This document shows positions 26,153-34,758 of a stretch of DNA of 64,000 nucleotides, piece after piece. This DNA is from Candidatus Dormiibacterota bacterium (GTDB lineage: Bacteria > Chloroflexota > Dormibacteria > Dormibacterales > Dormibacteraceae), in the NCBI GenBank assembly GCA_955652675.1, contig CATPBP010000007.1, positions 19,354-83,353 of the forward strand, read 5' to 3'. Below the pieces are notes generated by a model. The model did no database searches, was not told the DNA's origin, and saw only the letters and a list, made by a program, of their open reading frames with translations. The position numbers were made by a program, and so were the translations under genes. How positions within the stretch are numbered: the stretch's first letter is position 1; each line of letters begins with the position of its first letter.

Positions 26153-27441
26153 ACGAAGCCGGCTACCTGGGCCTGCAGGAGCGCTTTCCACGCGTGCTGG
26201 TCGTGCAGGCCATCCGGGAGCAGCTGGCGCGGGAGCGCCAGTCCGGCCTCAGCGGCGACGAGGATCGACTCTCGGCGGTCGGCGCGCTGCTGGCGGACTG
26301 GGCGGCGCCCCGCCTTCGGCCCGTGATCAACGGGACCGGCGTGGTGCTCCACACCAACCTGGGCAGGGCTCCGCTATCGCGGGCGGCGGCGGCGGCGGCA
26401 GCCGAGATCGCGGCGGGCTACAGCAACCTCGAGCTCGACCTGGAGACGGGTCGGCGGGGCGATCGCTCGGCGCTGGTCGAGGACCTGCTGCGCCGCCTGA
26501 CCGGCGCCGAGGCGGCGCTGGTCGTCAACAACAACGCGGCCGCCGTCCTGCTCGCGCTGACCGCCCTGGGCGCCAGGCGGGAGGTCGTCGTCTCGCGGGG
26601 CCAGCAGGTGGAGATAGGCGGCTCCTTCCGCATGCCGGACGTGATGCGGCTCTCCGGCGCTCGCATGGTGGAGGTGGGCACCACCAACCGCACGCGTGCA
26701 GCCGACTACGAGGCGGCGGTGGGTCCTCGGACGGCGGCGCTGCTCAGGGTTCACACCTCCAACTTTCGGGTCACCGGTTTCACCGAGACACCGCCGCTGG
26801 AGGAGCTGGCCCGGGTGGCCCGGCGGCACGGCATCCTGCTGCTTGACGACCTCGGCAGCGGCGCCCTGGAACCGATCTTCGACGAGCCGACAGTGGCCGA
26901 GTCGCTGGCCAACGCGGACCTGACGACCTTCTCCGGCGACAAGCTGCTGGGAGGTCCGCAAGCGGGCATCGCCCTTGGCAAGAGCGCCACCGTGGGACGG
27001 CTGGTGAAGCATCCCCTCGCCCGCGCGGTTCGAGTGGACAAGATGACCCTGGCGGCGCTGGAGGTGACCTTGCGGGAGCGGCTGCTCGGCCGGGCCTCGC
27101 CGGTCGCCTCGATGCTGTCCGCCACCCCGACCGAGCTGCGACGCCGCGCCGGATTCCTCATGGTCAGGCTCGAAGAGCGCGGGGTCGAGGCGAGCCTGGT
27201 GGAGGCGGAGTCGGCCTTCGGAGGCGGCTCATTGCCCGGCCGGGGATTGCCCACCGTCCTCCTGGCCCTCGACGGCCGGGCCTCCCGGCTGGCGGCGGCT
27301 CTTCGCCGGGGCGCGCCACCGGTCCTGGCCCGGGTGGAGGGCAATCGCTGCTGTATCGACCTTCGGACGGTGCTTCCGGGCGAAGACGACGCCCTCCAGG
27401 ACGCCATCGAGGCGGCCGTGCTTGCCTCCCGAGGCAGGTGA
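26101..27441 (+). CDS. selA: L-seryl-tRNA(Sec) selenium transferase
   Basis: N-terminus aligns by eye to E. coli SelA (LPSVGSLL..., RPVINGTGVVLHTNLGRA). PLP lysine context FSGDKLLGGPQAG. Confidence 0.9.
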   Translation: MRRIRQPGPLPSVGSLLNEAGYLGLQERFPRVLVVQAIREQLARERQSGLSGDEDRLSAVGALLADWAAPRLRPVINGTGVVLHTNLGRAPLSRAAAAAAAEIAAGYSNLELDLETGRRGDRSALVEDLLRRLTGAEAALVVNNNAAAVLLALTALGARREVVVSRGQQVEIGGSFRMPDVMRLSGARMVEVGTTNRTRAADYEAAVGPRTAALLRVHTSNFRVTGFTETPPLEELARVARRHGILLLDDLGSGALEPIFDEPTVAESLANADLTTFSGDKLLGGPQAGIALGKSATVGRLVKHPLARAVRVDKMTLAALEVTLRERLLGRASPVASMLSATPTELRRRAGFLMVRLEERGVEASLVEAESAFGGGSLPGRGLPTVLLALDGRASRLAAALRRGAPPVLARVEGNRCCIDLRTVLPGEDDALQDAIEAAVLASRGR

Positions 27442-27450
27442 TCGGGGCCC

Positions 27451-29289
27451 GTGAGCTACGTCGTAGGCACCGCCGGCCACATCGACCACGGCAAGTCCAC
27501 CCTGATCCAGGCGCTGACCGGGATCGACCCCGACCGGCTGGAGGAGGAAAAGCGGCGGGGCATGACCATCGACCTCGGCTTCGCCTACCTCATCCTGCCG
27601 AGCGGCCGCCTGGCCGGCATCGTGGACGTCCCTGGACACGCCCGGTTCATCCGCAACATGCTGGCCGGCGTCCACGGAATGGACGCGGTGCTCCTGGTGG
27701 TGGCGGCCGACGAGGGCGTGATGCCGCAGACCCGAGAGCACCTCGAGATCGTGGACCTGCTCGAGGTGAGCCGCGGGCTGGCGGTGGTGACCAAGGTCGA
27801 CCTGGTGGAGCCGGACTGGCTGGAGCTGGTGACCGCGGAGGTCTCGGAGACCCTGGCCACGACCTCCCTGGCCGGCGCGGACATCATGGCCGTCTCCTCG
27901 ACCACCGGCGCCGGACTGGAGGAGCTGAAGGTCAGGCTGGACCTGCTGCTGGCAGACACGCCCCTTCGCCAGGATCTGGGCCGCCCCCGCCTGCCCGTCG
28001 ACCGCGTGTTCACGATCGGCGGCTTCGGCACGGTCGTGACCGGAACCCTGGTCGACGGCTCTCTCAAGGTGGGTGAGGAGCTCGAGCTTCAGCCGTCCGG
28101 CCGGCGCGCACGGGTGCGGGGGCTGCAGCAGCACAACCGGAAGGTGGAGGCCGCCCAGCCGGGAAGCCGGGTGGCAGCCAACCTGGTGGGCGTCGAGAAG
28201 GACGAGCTGGACCGTGGCGAGGTGCTGTCGCGGCCGGGAACGGTATCGGCAGCTCGCCGCCTGGATGCCTCGCTCAGGGTCCTGGCCGACAGCCCGCGGC
28301 CCTTGCGTCACGGCGCCCAGGTGATGCTCCACACTGGGACGGCCGAGGTCCCGGCCCGGGCCATCGTGCTGGCGGGTGACCAGGTCGCCCCGGGGAGCAC
28401 GGGCTGGGTGCAGCTCTACTGCGAGCAGCCGGTGGCTGTCGCACCGGGCGATCGCTTCGTGCTGCGCCTGCCCAGCCCCTCTGCCACCATCGCCGGCGGC
28501 GCCTTCGCCGACGTGAACCCGCGCCGGCATCCACGGCACGACGAGCGTGTACGGGAGTCGCTGGAGCGCCGGCTGGCCGGCGAGGTCCTCCAGGAGGAGC
28601 TGCGCAAGTACCCCCGCGGCATCACGGAGAAGGCGCTGCTGCGCGCCACGCTGGCCGACGATGCGGACGCCTCCCGGCTGGAGGCCCGTCGCGCCGGCCA
28701 GTGGCTCTTCGCCGCCGAGGCCTGGTCCGCGCTATGCGATCGTGCGCAGCAGGCGCTTACGGGCTACCACCGAGCGCACCCACTGCGAGGCGGCATGCCG
28801 CGCGAGGAGATGAAGAGCCGGCTCGGCCTGGCGCCGGCCGCTTTCGGGCCGGTGCTGGCCGAGTTCGTCAAGGACGGCCTGCTCGCTGAACGCAACGGTG
28901 AGCTGGCGCTGCCCGACCACCGGGTGGAGATCGAGCCGGCGACCGGGGGTCCCGCCACCCGGCTGCTCGAGCTGCTCGGGGCCCGACCCTTCGCGCCGCC
29001 CTCGCTGCCAGAGGCAATGCGCGAAGCCGGGGCATCGGCCGAGGTCGTGCGGGCGCTGGCGCACAAAGGCGACCTGGTCCGCCTCTCCGAGGACGTCGCC
29101 TTCACCCGGGCTGCCTACGACGCCGCTTTGGAACAGGTGAGGGCTGCGGTCGCCCGGGATGGCACGGTGACCGTCGCCTCACTCCGCGACCGCATGGAGG
29201 CCAGCCGCCGGCCGATCCTGGCTCTGCTCGAGTACCTGGACGCGCAGCGCATCACACGACGGGTGGGCGACGCGCGCGTCCTCCGTTAG
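27451..29289 (+). CDS. selB: selenocysteine-specific translation elongation factor
   Basis: G-domain [19 protein letters not shown], followed by a long C-terminal winged-helix region. Confidence 0.9.
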   Translation: MSYVVGTAGHIDHGKSTLIQALTGIDPDRLEEEKRRGMTIDLGFAYLILPSGRLAGIVDVPGHARFIRNMLAGVHGMDAVLLVVAADEGVMPQTREHLEIVDLLEVSRGLAVVTKVDLVEPDWLELVTAEVSETLATTSLAGADIMAVSSTTGAGLEELKVRLDLLLADTPLRQDLGRPRLPVDRVFTIGGFGTVVTGTLVDGSLKVGEELELQPSGRRARVRGLQQHNRKVEAAQPGSRVAANLVGVEKDELDRGEVLSRPGTVSAARRLDASLRVLADSPRPLRHGAQVMLHTGTAEVPARAIVLAGDQVAPGSTGWVQLYCEQPVAVAPGDRFVLRLPSPSATIAGGAFADVNPRRHPRHDERVRESLERRLAGEVLQEELRKYPRGITEKALLRATLADDADASRLEARRAGQWLFAAEAWSALCDRAQQALTGYHRAHPLRGGMPREEMKSRLGLAPAAFGPVLAEFVKDGLLAERNGELALPDHRVEIEPATGGPATRLLELLGARPFAPPSLPEAMREAGASAEVVRALAHKGDLVRLSEDVAFTRAAYDAALEQVRAAVARDGTVTVASLRDRMEASRRPILALLEYLDAQRITRRVGDARVLR

Positions 29290-29323
29290 CAAGGTTCCGT
29301 CACCAAGTTCTGAGGGAGGAAGC

Positions 29324-30241
29324 ATGTTCGGGCTGATTTCAACTCCGGGCGCGGCCGAACCGGTCCAGTTGCGCGAAGTGGAGGATCCCAGGCCGTCCGA
29401 GGACGGGGCGCTGGTGGAGGTCAAAGCCTTCGGGGTCAACCGTGGCGAGCTCTTCCTGCTGGGGGAGCGCGATGGCTGGCTTCCCGGACAGGACGTCGCG
29501 GGCGTCGTGCTTCAGCCCGCCGCCAGCGGCCGAGGGCCGGGGGCGGGAGCCCGCGTCGTGGCCTCTGTGGACGGCGGGGGGTGGGCGCAGCGGGTCGCTG
29601 CGCCGGTCTCGCGAATGGCCGAGCTGCCAGACTCGGTCAGCTTCAGCGCGGCGGCGACACTGCCCGTGGCGGGTCTCACCGCGCTCCGAGCGCTGAGAGA
29701 GATCGGGGACCTGCTGGGGCGTCGGGTGCTCGTCACCGGCGCTTCCGGAGGGGTTGGCCATTTCGGCGTGCAGCTGGCGGCCATCGGCGGCGCCACGGTC
29801 ACCGCGGCCGCCGGCCGCCCTGAGGTCGCGGAACTGCTCAAAGAGCTGGGCGCGAGCGAGGTGGTCACCTATGAGGCGGACTTCGGCGGCCCCTTCGCCG
29901 GCGTGCTCGAATCGGTCGGCGGCACGGTCCTGGAGAGCTCGCTTCAGGCCCTGGCGGCAGGCGGGGTGGCGGTGCTCTACGGAAGCGCTTCCGGCCAGCC
30001 GGCGCGCATCACGCTTCGCAGCTTCGGGGGGCACCTCGGCGCCTCCATTCGCGGCTTCTACATCTACCAGACCGGCGTCGAGACCTTCGGTGAAGACCTC
30101 GCCTACCTGGTCGGGCTCATAGCCGCCGGTCGGCTGCGACCAGAGGTGGGTCTGGAGCTGTCATGGCGGGAGACGGCCAGGGCCGTCCAGGCACTGCGCG
30201 AGCGCAAGGTCACCGGCAAGGCGGTGCTTCTGGTCGACTGA
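29324..30241 (+). CDS. zinc-type alcohol dehydrogenase / quinone oxidoreductase (MDR family)
   Basis: GVNRGE and VTGASGGVGHFGVQLA Rossmann motif, KVTGKAVLLV C-terminus. Confidence 0.85.
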   Translation: MFGLISTPGAAEPVQLREVEDPRPSEDGALVEVKAFGVNRGELFLLGERDGWLPGQDVAGVVLQPAASGRGPGAGARVVASVDGGGWAQRVAAPVSRMAELPDSVSFSAAATLPVAGLTALRALREIGDLLGRRVLVTGASGGVGHFGVQLAAIGGATVTAAAGRPEVAELLKELGASEVVTYEADFGGPFAGVLESVGGTVLESSLQALAAGGVAVLYGSASGQPARITLRSFGGHLGASIRGFYIYQTGVETFGEDLAYLVGLIAAGRLRPEVGLELSWRETARAVQALRERKVTGKAVLLVD

Positions 30242-30287
30242 CCGTGAAACGGCGGTCCGTGTGCCGTCTCACCGGGACGGAGGGCAG

Positions 30288-31196
30288 TCAGCGAGCCAGG
30301 TCTACGACGAGCGGCGCGAGCTCGCGCAGCTCCTCCAGGTAAGGCAGGCGGGGATCGGGCGTGATCAGGTTCAGCACGACCTGGTCCGCTCCGGCCTCGA
30401 GGACCGCCTGGATGCGCTCGGCGATCTGGTCTCGGTCGCCCCAGGCCACGATGGCCTCGAAGAGCGCGTCCGACCCTGGTCCCTGCACCTCCTCATCGCT
30501 CCAGCCCAGCCGCAGCAGGTTGTTCCGGTAATTGTCGGTCCGGAGGTAGCGGCAGGTATGGCGGTCGCCGATCGCGCGCGCTGTCGCTTGGTCCTCAGCC
30601 AGCACGACCGGAAGGTCAGCGGCCAGAAAAGGTTCCGGTCCCAGCTGCTCGCGGATCGAGCCGACGTGCTCGGTGGTCGTGAAGTACGGGTAAGCGCCGG
30701 CCGCCAGCTCGCGGGCCAGCGCGACCATCCGGGGGCCCAGCGCTGCCAGCACCACAGGTGGCATCTCCGCCTCCGGGCCGGTCCAGGCGGCTCTATACAT
30801 CTGCTCGATGTACCGCCGCATTGCGTGGACAGGCGCCTGATAGCGGTGGCCCCGCTGCTCCACCATCGGCGCGTGGCTTACTCCCAATCCCAGCATGAAC
30901 CTGTCCGGCCACGCCTCCGCGATCGTCCGGCCGCCCGCCGCCATGGCGACGGGATCGCGCGCCCAGATGTTCGCGATGCCGCTGGCCACCACCAGCCGGC
31001 TCGTCGCGGCAAGGAAGATCGCCGCCTGGGCGAAGGTCTCCCGCCCGAGCGACTCGCCGTACCAGAGGGTGCCGTAGCCCAGCTCTTGCATCTCAGCCGC
31101 AACCTGTCTCTGCACGGCGGCCGGCTGCGCGCTGAGCGAACCGGCGAAGACGCCAACCCGGCCCGGGACAACTCTGCGCAGCCGGCTCAGACCCAT
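30288..31196 (-). CDS. LLM-class (luciferase-like) oxidoreductase, probably F420-dependent
   Basis: Typical LLM layout (LGYGTLWYGES, GLGVSH, GADQVVLN). Confidence 0.75.
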   Translation of the reverse strand: MGLSRLRRVVPGRVGVFAGSLSAQPAAVQRQVAAEMQELGYGTLWYGESLGRETFAQAAIFLAATSRLVVASGIANIWARDPVAMAAGGRTIAEAWPDRFMLGLGVSHAPMVEQRGHRYQAPVHAMRRYIEQMYRAAWTGPEAEMPPVVLAALGPRMVALARELAAGAYPYFTTTEHVGSIREQLGPEPFLAADLPVVLAEDQATARAIGDRHTCRYLRTDNYRNNLLRLGWSDEEVQGPGSDALFEAIVAWGDRDQIAERIQAVLEAGADQVVLNLITPDPRLPYLEELRELAPLVVDLAR

Positions 31197-31346
31197 TCAG
31201 TCACTTCTACCAGAACGCCCTGATCAGGCCGTCCAGGTCCGTCTCTTCACCGACGCCTAACGTCTCCTTAGCGTGCGGGACGCGCGATGAGCGACGACCG
31301 GGAGCGGGCCCCGATGTCGGTCGGTGGTGCGCCTGCCCGACTCAGC

Positions 31347-31352
31347 TAGGCT
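31347..31352 (+). promoter_or_regulatory. -10-like box TAGGCT, 7 nt before the pfkA GTG
   Basis: Part of CTAGGCTA-N6-GTG, identical to the box at 51554. Confidence 0.35.
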
Positions 31353-31359
31353 AAGCATC

Positions 31360-32385
31360 GTGCGGATCGGCGTGCTGACCGGTGGGGGTGACGCGCCTGG
31401 CCTCAATGCGGCCGTGCGGGCTGTCTCCCGGCGAGCTTTCCAGCTCGGGCACCAGGTGAGCGGGATCAAGAACGGGTGGGCCGGCGCGATGACCGGCGAC
31501 ATGTCGAACTTCACCCCTGCGGACGTGCGCGGCATCCTGCAGCTGGGCGGCACCATCCTGGGCACCTCGAGGACCAACCCTGTAAAGGAACCCGACGGAG
31601 TGAAGAGGACGCTGGCGATGCTGAAGAGCTGCGGTGTCGACAGCCTGGTCGCCATCGGGGGCGATGACACACTTTCCGTGGCCAAGGCTCTGCACGAGTC
31701 GGGCTACCCAGTCGTTGGAGTGCCCAAGACTATCGACAACGACCTCTCGGCCACTGAGTTCTGCATCGGCTTCGACACCGCCGTCGGCATCGTTGTGGAG
31801 GCGTTGGACCGCTTGCACACCACAGCCTCTGCCCACCACCGCGTCATGGTGGTGGAGGTGATGGGCCGCGACACCGGCTGGGTGGCGGTGATGGGCGGCC
31901 TGGCCGGGGGCAGCGATCTGGTCCTGATCCCGGAGTTCGAGGTCGGCTTCGACGACGTCGTGGAGCATCTACATCGGCGCCGCGGCGAGGGGAAGGACTT
32001 CAGCATCATCGTCGTGGCGGAGGGCGTCAACCTCGCCGGTCTGGAGACCGACGGCGAGCAGAAGACGGACGCCTTCGGCCACGTGCAGCTGTCCAAGCGG
32101 GGGGTGGGGGACGCGCTCAGCCGGCGAATCGAGGCCGAGACCGGCTTTGAGACCCGTGTCACGGTGCTCGGCCACCTCCAGCGAGGCGGGTCTCCGTCGC
32201 CCGTGGACCGGATCTGGGCGACCCGGCTGGGCGTGGCCGCCACGGAGCTGCTGCATGAGGGCAAGGCAGGTGTCGTTCCGGTGCGCCGCGACGGCGACGT
32301 GGCGGTGGTCCCCCTGGCCGACCTGGTCGCCGAAACCCGCCGAGTCCCCCGCGCCCTCTACGACCTAGCCCGAGTCTTCAGCTAA
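31360..32385 (+). CDS. pfkA: 6-phosphofructokinase
   Basis: RIGVLTGGGDAPGLNA, IGGDDT, PKTIDNDL, MGR motifs. The ORF is also open from 31324. Confidence 0.9.
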   Translation: MRIGVLTGGGDAPGLNAAVRAVSRRAFQLGHQVSGIKNGWAGAMTGDMSNFTPADVRGILQLGGTILGTSRTNPVKEPDGVKRTLAMLKSCGVDSLVAIGGDDTLSVAKALHESGYPVVGVPKTIDNDLSATEFCIGFDTAVGIVVEALDRLHTTASAHHRVMVVEVMGRDTGWVAVMGGLAGGSDLVLIPEFEVGFDDVVEHLHRRRGEGKDFSIIVVAEGVNLAGLETDGEQKTDAFGHVQLSKRGVGDALSRRIEAETGFETRVTVLGHLQRGGSPSPVDRIWATRLGVAATELLHEGKAGVVPVRRDGDVAVVPLADLVAETRRVPRALYDLARVFS

Positions 32386-32430
32386 GAAAGACGCATTCCC
32401 TTCCCCGTGGCGGCAATGCCGTTGATTTAG

Positions 32431-32466
32431 CCCCTCCCCGTCTGGGGGCCGTCTGGGGAGGGGACC
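32431..32466 (+). repeat. REP-like hairpin variant (CCCCTCCCC ... GGGGAGGGG)
   Basis: 9-bp perfect stem with an internal gtctgggg duplication. Lies in the convergent gap between pfkA and the ECF41 sigma gene. Confidence 0.55.
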
Positions 32467-32468
32467 GG

Positions 32469-33353
32469 TCAGTCCGCGACCCGCGCCAGGTCCAACCGAC
32501 TGAGCCGGTCTGGGTCGGCGAGGACGTCGATCGAGACGACCCGGCCGCCGGCGACGGTGACCGACACGACGGCGAACGGGCGGCCGTCCGGAGCCCAGGT
32601 GACACCTCCCGGGATCCCGTTGACCAGGGCTCGGGTAGCCGTCTCGGCCAGTCGCCGGAACGACAGCGCCCTCGTGGCGACGGCCGCTGCTCCGCGAACC
32701 ACCGACACCAGGTCCGGACGTGCGGCGCCGCCGTCGGAGCGGAGCACGATCTCCGGATCCAGCACGGCCAACAGCCGCTCGAAGTCGCCGTCGCGTGGCG
32801 CCGCGAGGAACGCGTCGACCACCGCCCATTGGCCGCCCAGATCGGTGTCGGGCACCGGCGCTCCCCGGACGCGGCGGCGGGCACGGCTCGCGAGTTGCCG
32901 TACGGCCGCCGGAGACCGGCCGACGATGGGAGCGATCTCGAGGAACGGCACGCCGAACGCGTCGTGCAGCACGAACGCGACGCGCTCCGCGGGGGTCAGC
33001 GCATCGAGGACGGCGAGCAGCGCCAGCCCGAGCGAGTCGCCCAGGAGCGCCTCGTGCTCGGGGTCGACCCCGGCCTCGGGACTCACGATCGGGTCCGGGA
33101 CGTACGTGTCGAGCGGCGCCTCGCGGCGTGTCCTTCGCGAGCGAAGCAGGTTCAGGCACACGCGGCCGATGACCGTGGTCAGCCAGGCGCGCAGGTTGTC
33201 GACGTCGCTGGTGTCGGTTCGGCTGAGCCGGATCCAGGCCTCCTGCACGGCGTCGTCCGCCTCGGCCAAGGATCCGAGCATCCGGTAGGCCACGGCCCAC
33301 AGGTGGGTGCGGTGCGACTCGAATCGCTGGGCCAGCCATTCCTGATCGGTCAC
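32469..33353 (-). CDS. ECF41-type sigma factor (SigJ-like) with fused NTF2/SnoaL-like C-terminal domain
   Basis: Regions 2 and 4 (DDAVQEAWIRL, FGVPFLEIAPIVGRSPAAVRQLASRAR) plus a ~100-aa C-terminal extension. No anti-sigma gene adjacent. Confidence 0.85.
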   Translation of the reverse strand: MTDQEWLAQRFESHRTHLWAVAYRMLGSLAEADDAVQEAWIRLSRTDTSDVDNLRAWLTTVIGRVCLNLLRSRRTRREAPLDTYVPDPIVSPEAGVDPEHEALLGDSLGLALLAVLDALTPAERVAFVLHDAFGVPFLEIAPIVGRSPAAVRQLASRARRRVRGAPVPDTDLGGQWAVVDAFLAAPRDGDFERLLAVLDPEIVLRSDGGAARPDLVSVVRGAAAVATRALSFRRLAETATRALVNGIPGGVTWAPDGRPFAVVSVTVAGGRVVSIDVLADPDRLSRLDLARVAD

Positions 33354-33366
33354 GTCATCGCTTCCT

Positions 33367-33393
33367 TGTCACATCGGTCGGTCCTGGGGGGTC
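33367..33393 (+). promoter_or_regulatory. candidate ECF41-dependent promoter TGTCACA-N16-GGTC
   Basis: Lies in the divergent gap in front of the DDN-family gene. Close to the published ECF41 consensus TGTCACA-N16-CGTC (quoted from memory). Confidence 0.45.
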
Positions 33394-33433
33394 TACCGGG
33401 AAGACACGACATCACGCAAGGAGGATGTGACCG

Positions 33434-33919
33434 ATGGACCGCAACGCACCGCAAACAGCACGCTCGGGACCAGCCCCCGGCGTCCGGGTCCCACGATTGG
33501 TCCCGCTTTTCAACCCAGTCGCCAAGGTTCTCCTGGCCGCTGGCACGCCGATCGGCCCCAACGGGCTGATCACCATCCGGGGCCGGAAGAGCGGCCTGCC
33601 TCGCACCACGCCGGTGGCGATCATCGAGGTCTCAGGCAGGCGGTGGGTCTGGGCCCCGTGGGGCGACGTCCACTGGGTGCGCAATCTACGCGCAGCCGGG
33701 CGCGCAACGATCACCGTACGCCGCCGGAACGAAGACGTCCGTGCGACCGAGCTCGACCCCGCGGAGCGGATCGAGTTCTTCCGCGACGTCCTTGGTCCGC
33801 TCGCGCGACGCATCCCGTTCGGTGTCTGGTTCATCCGCACCTTCGATGGTGTCGATCTCAACGATCCGGTGGAAGCTGCCGAGGGCCGACGTGTCTTCGA
33901 ACTCAATAGGCTGCGTTAA
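33434..33919 (+). CDS. deazaflavin (F420)-dependent nitroreductase family protein (DDN/DUF385)
   Basis: ITIRGRKSGLPRTTPVAIIEVSGRRWVWAPWGDVHWVRNLRAAG core motif. Confidence 0.8.
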   Translation: MDRNAPQTARSGPAPGVRVPRLVPLFNPVAKVLLAAGTPIGPNGLITIRGRKSGLPRTTPVAIIEVSGRRWVWAPWGDVHWVRNLRAAGRATITVRRRNEDVRATELDPAERIEFFRDVLGPLARRIPFGVWFIRTFDGVDLNDPVEAAEGRRVFELNRLR

Positions 33920-33928
33920 GCGTTCTGA

Positions 33929-34348
33929 ATGAGACAGGAGGAAATCGCCGTGAAGATCAAAGTGACCAGCATCTACGTGGACGACCAGGAGAAAGCGCTG
34001 CGCTTCTACACCGACGTCCTGGGCTTCGTGAAGAAGGCGGATTTCACGCAGGGGCCGTTTCGGTGGCTCACGGTGGCCTCAGCCGAGGAGCCGGACGGCA
34101 CTCAGCTGCAGCTCGCCCCCAATGACAATCCGGCCGCTCGGGCCTACCAGCAGGCGATGTTCGAGCAGGGCCAGCCAGCCGCCATGTTCTACGTGGATGA
34201 CGTGCAGCGCGAGTACGACCGCATGAAACCGCTAGGCGCGGAGTTCACCATGCCGCCGACCAAAGTGACCGGCTCGACCATCGCCATGCTGAACGACACC
34301 TGCGGCAACCTGATTCAAATCGTTGCGCTCGACCGCTGGCAGAGCTGA
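33929..34348 (+). CDS. VOC/glyoxalase family protein
   Basis: VTSIYVDDQEKALRFYTDVLGF N-terminal half and DTCGNLIQI C-terminal half. A GTG at 33950 is the alternative start. Confidence 0.8.
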   Translation: MRQEEIAVKIKVTSIYVDDQEKALRFYTDVLGFVKKADFTQGPFRWLTVASAEEPDGTQLQLAPNDNPAARAYQQAMFEQGQPAAMFYVDDVQREYDRMKPLGAEFTMPPTKVTGSTIAMLNDTCGNLIQIVALDRWQS

Positions 34349-34649
34349 CCAGCTGAGCGCCGCCCAGGCAGCAGCAGCGCGCGCCGCTGATCTGCCGCCC
34401 AGGGTGGGCTGGCAGTCCGGCCGATGCGGCCACGGCCGCAACGACAGCTTCGGACGCGGCCCGCTCCGGCGCGACATGGATGACCGGCAAGCCCTCCGCC
34501 TCGGCCGCCCTGGATAGCGCCAGCTCCGAGCGAGCGACATGTTGCTGGTGGACGAGGCTCCCATGGCGGGGAGGGTCGGGGAGGAGGTCGCCTTTTGGAA
34601 CGGCCAAGGTTGCGCCGAGCGATCGGTTTGGGCGTGGGTTCGGCAGGCA

Positions 34650-34687
34650 CCCCCTCCCTTACCCTCCCCACAAGGGGAGGGAGAACC
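34650..34687 (+). repeat. REP-like repeat copy
   Basis: cccccTCCCttaCCCTCCCCacaaGGGGAGGGagaacc. Confidence 0.65.
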
Positions 34688-34693
34688 TCTAGC

Positions 34694-34729
34694 CAAAAAA
34701 GAAGAGGCCGCGACTTGGTCGCGGCCTCA
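34694..34729 (-). terminator. intrinsic terminator of lon
   Basis: Minus strand reads GAGGCCGCGAccaagTCGCGGCCTC followed by ttcttttttgg, about 30 nt after the lon stop. Confidence 0.65.
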
Positions 34730-34758
34730 TTGTTGGGGAGGGATTGGCTGTTTTTTTC

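Noticed and set aside
26101-30241. A selenoprotein gene or SECIS element adjacent to selAB.
   Set aside because: Flanking genes (S2P protease, quinone oxidoreductase, LLM oxidoreductase) have uninterrupted frames of normal length. No same-frame ORF pair is split by TGA.
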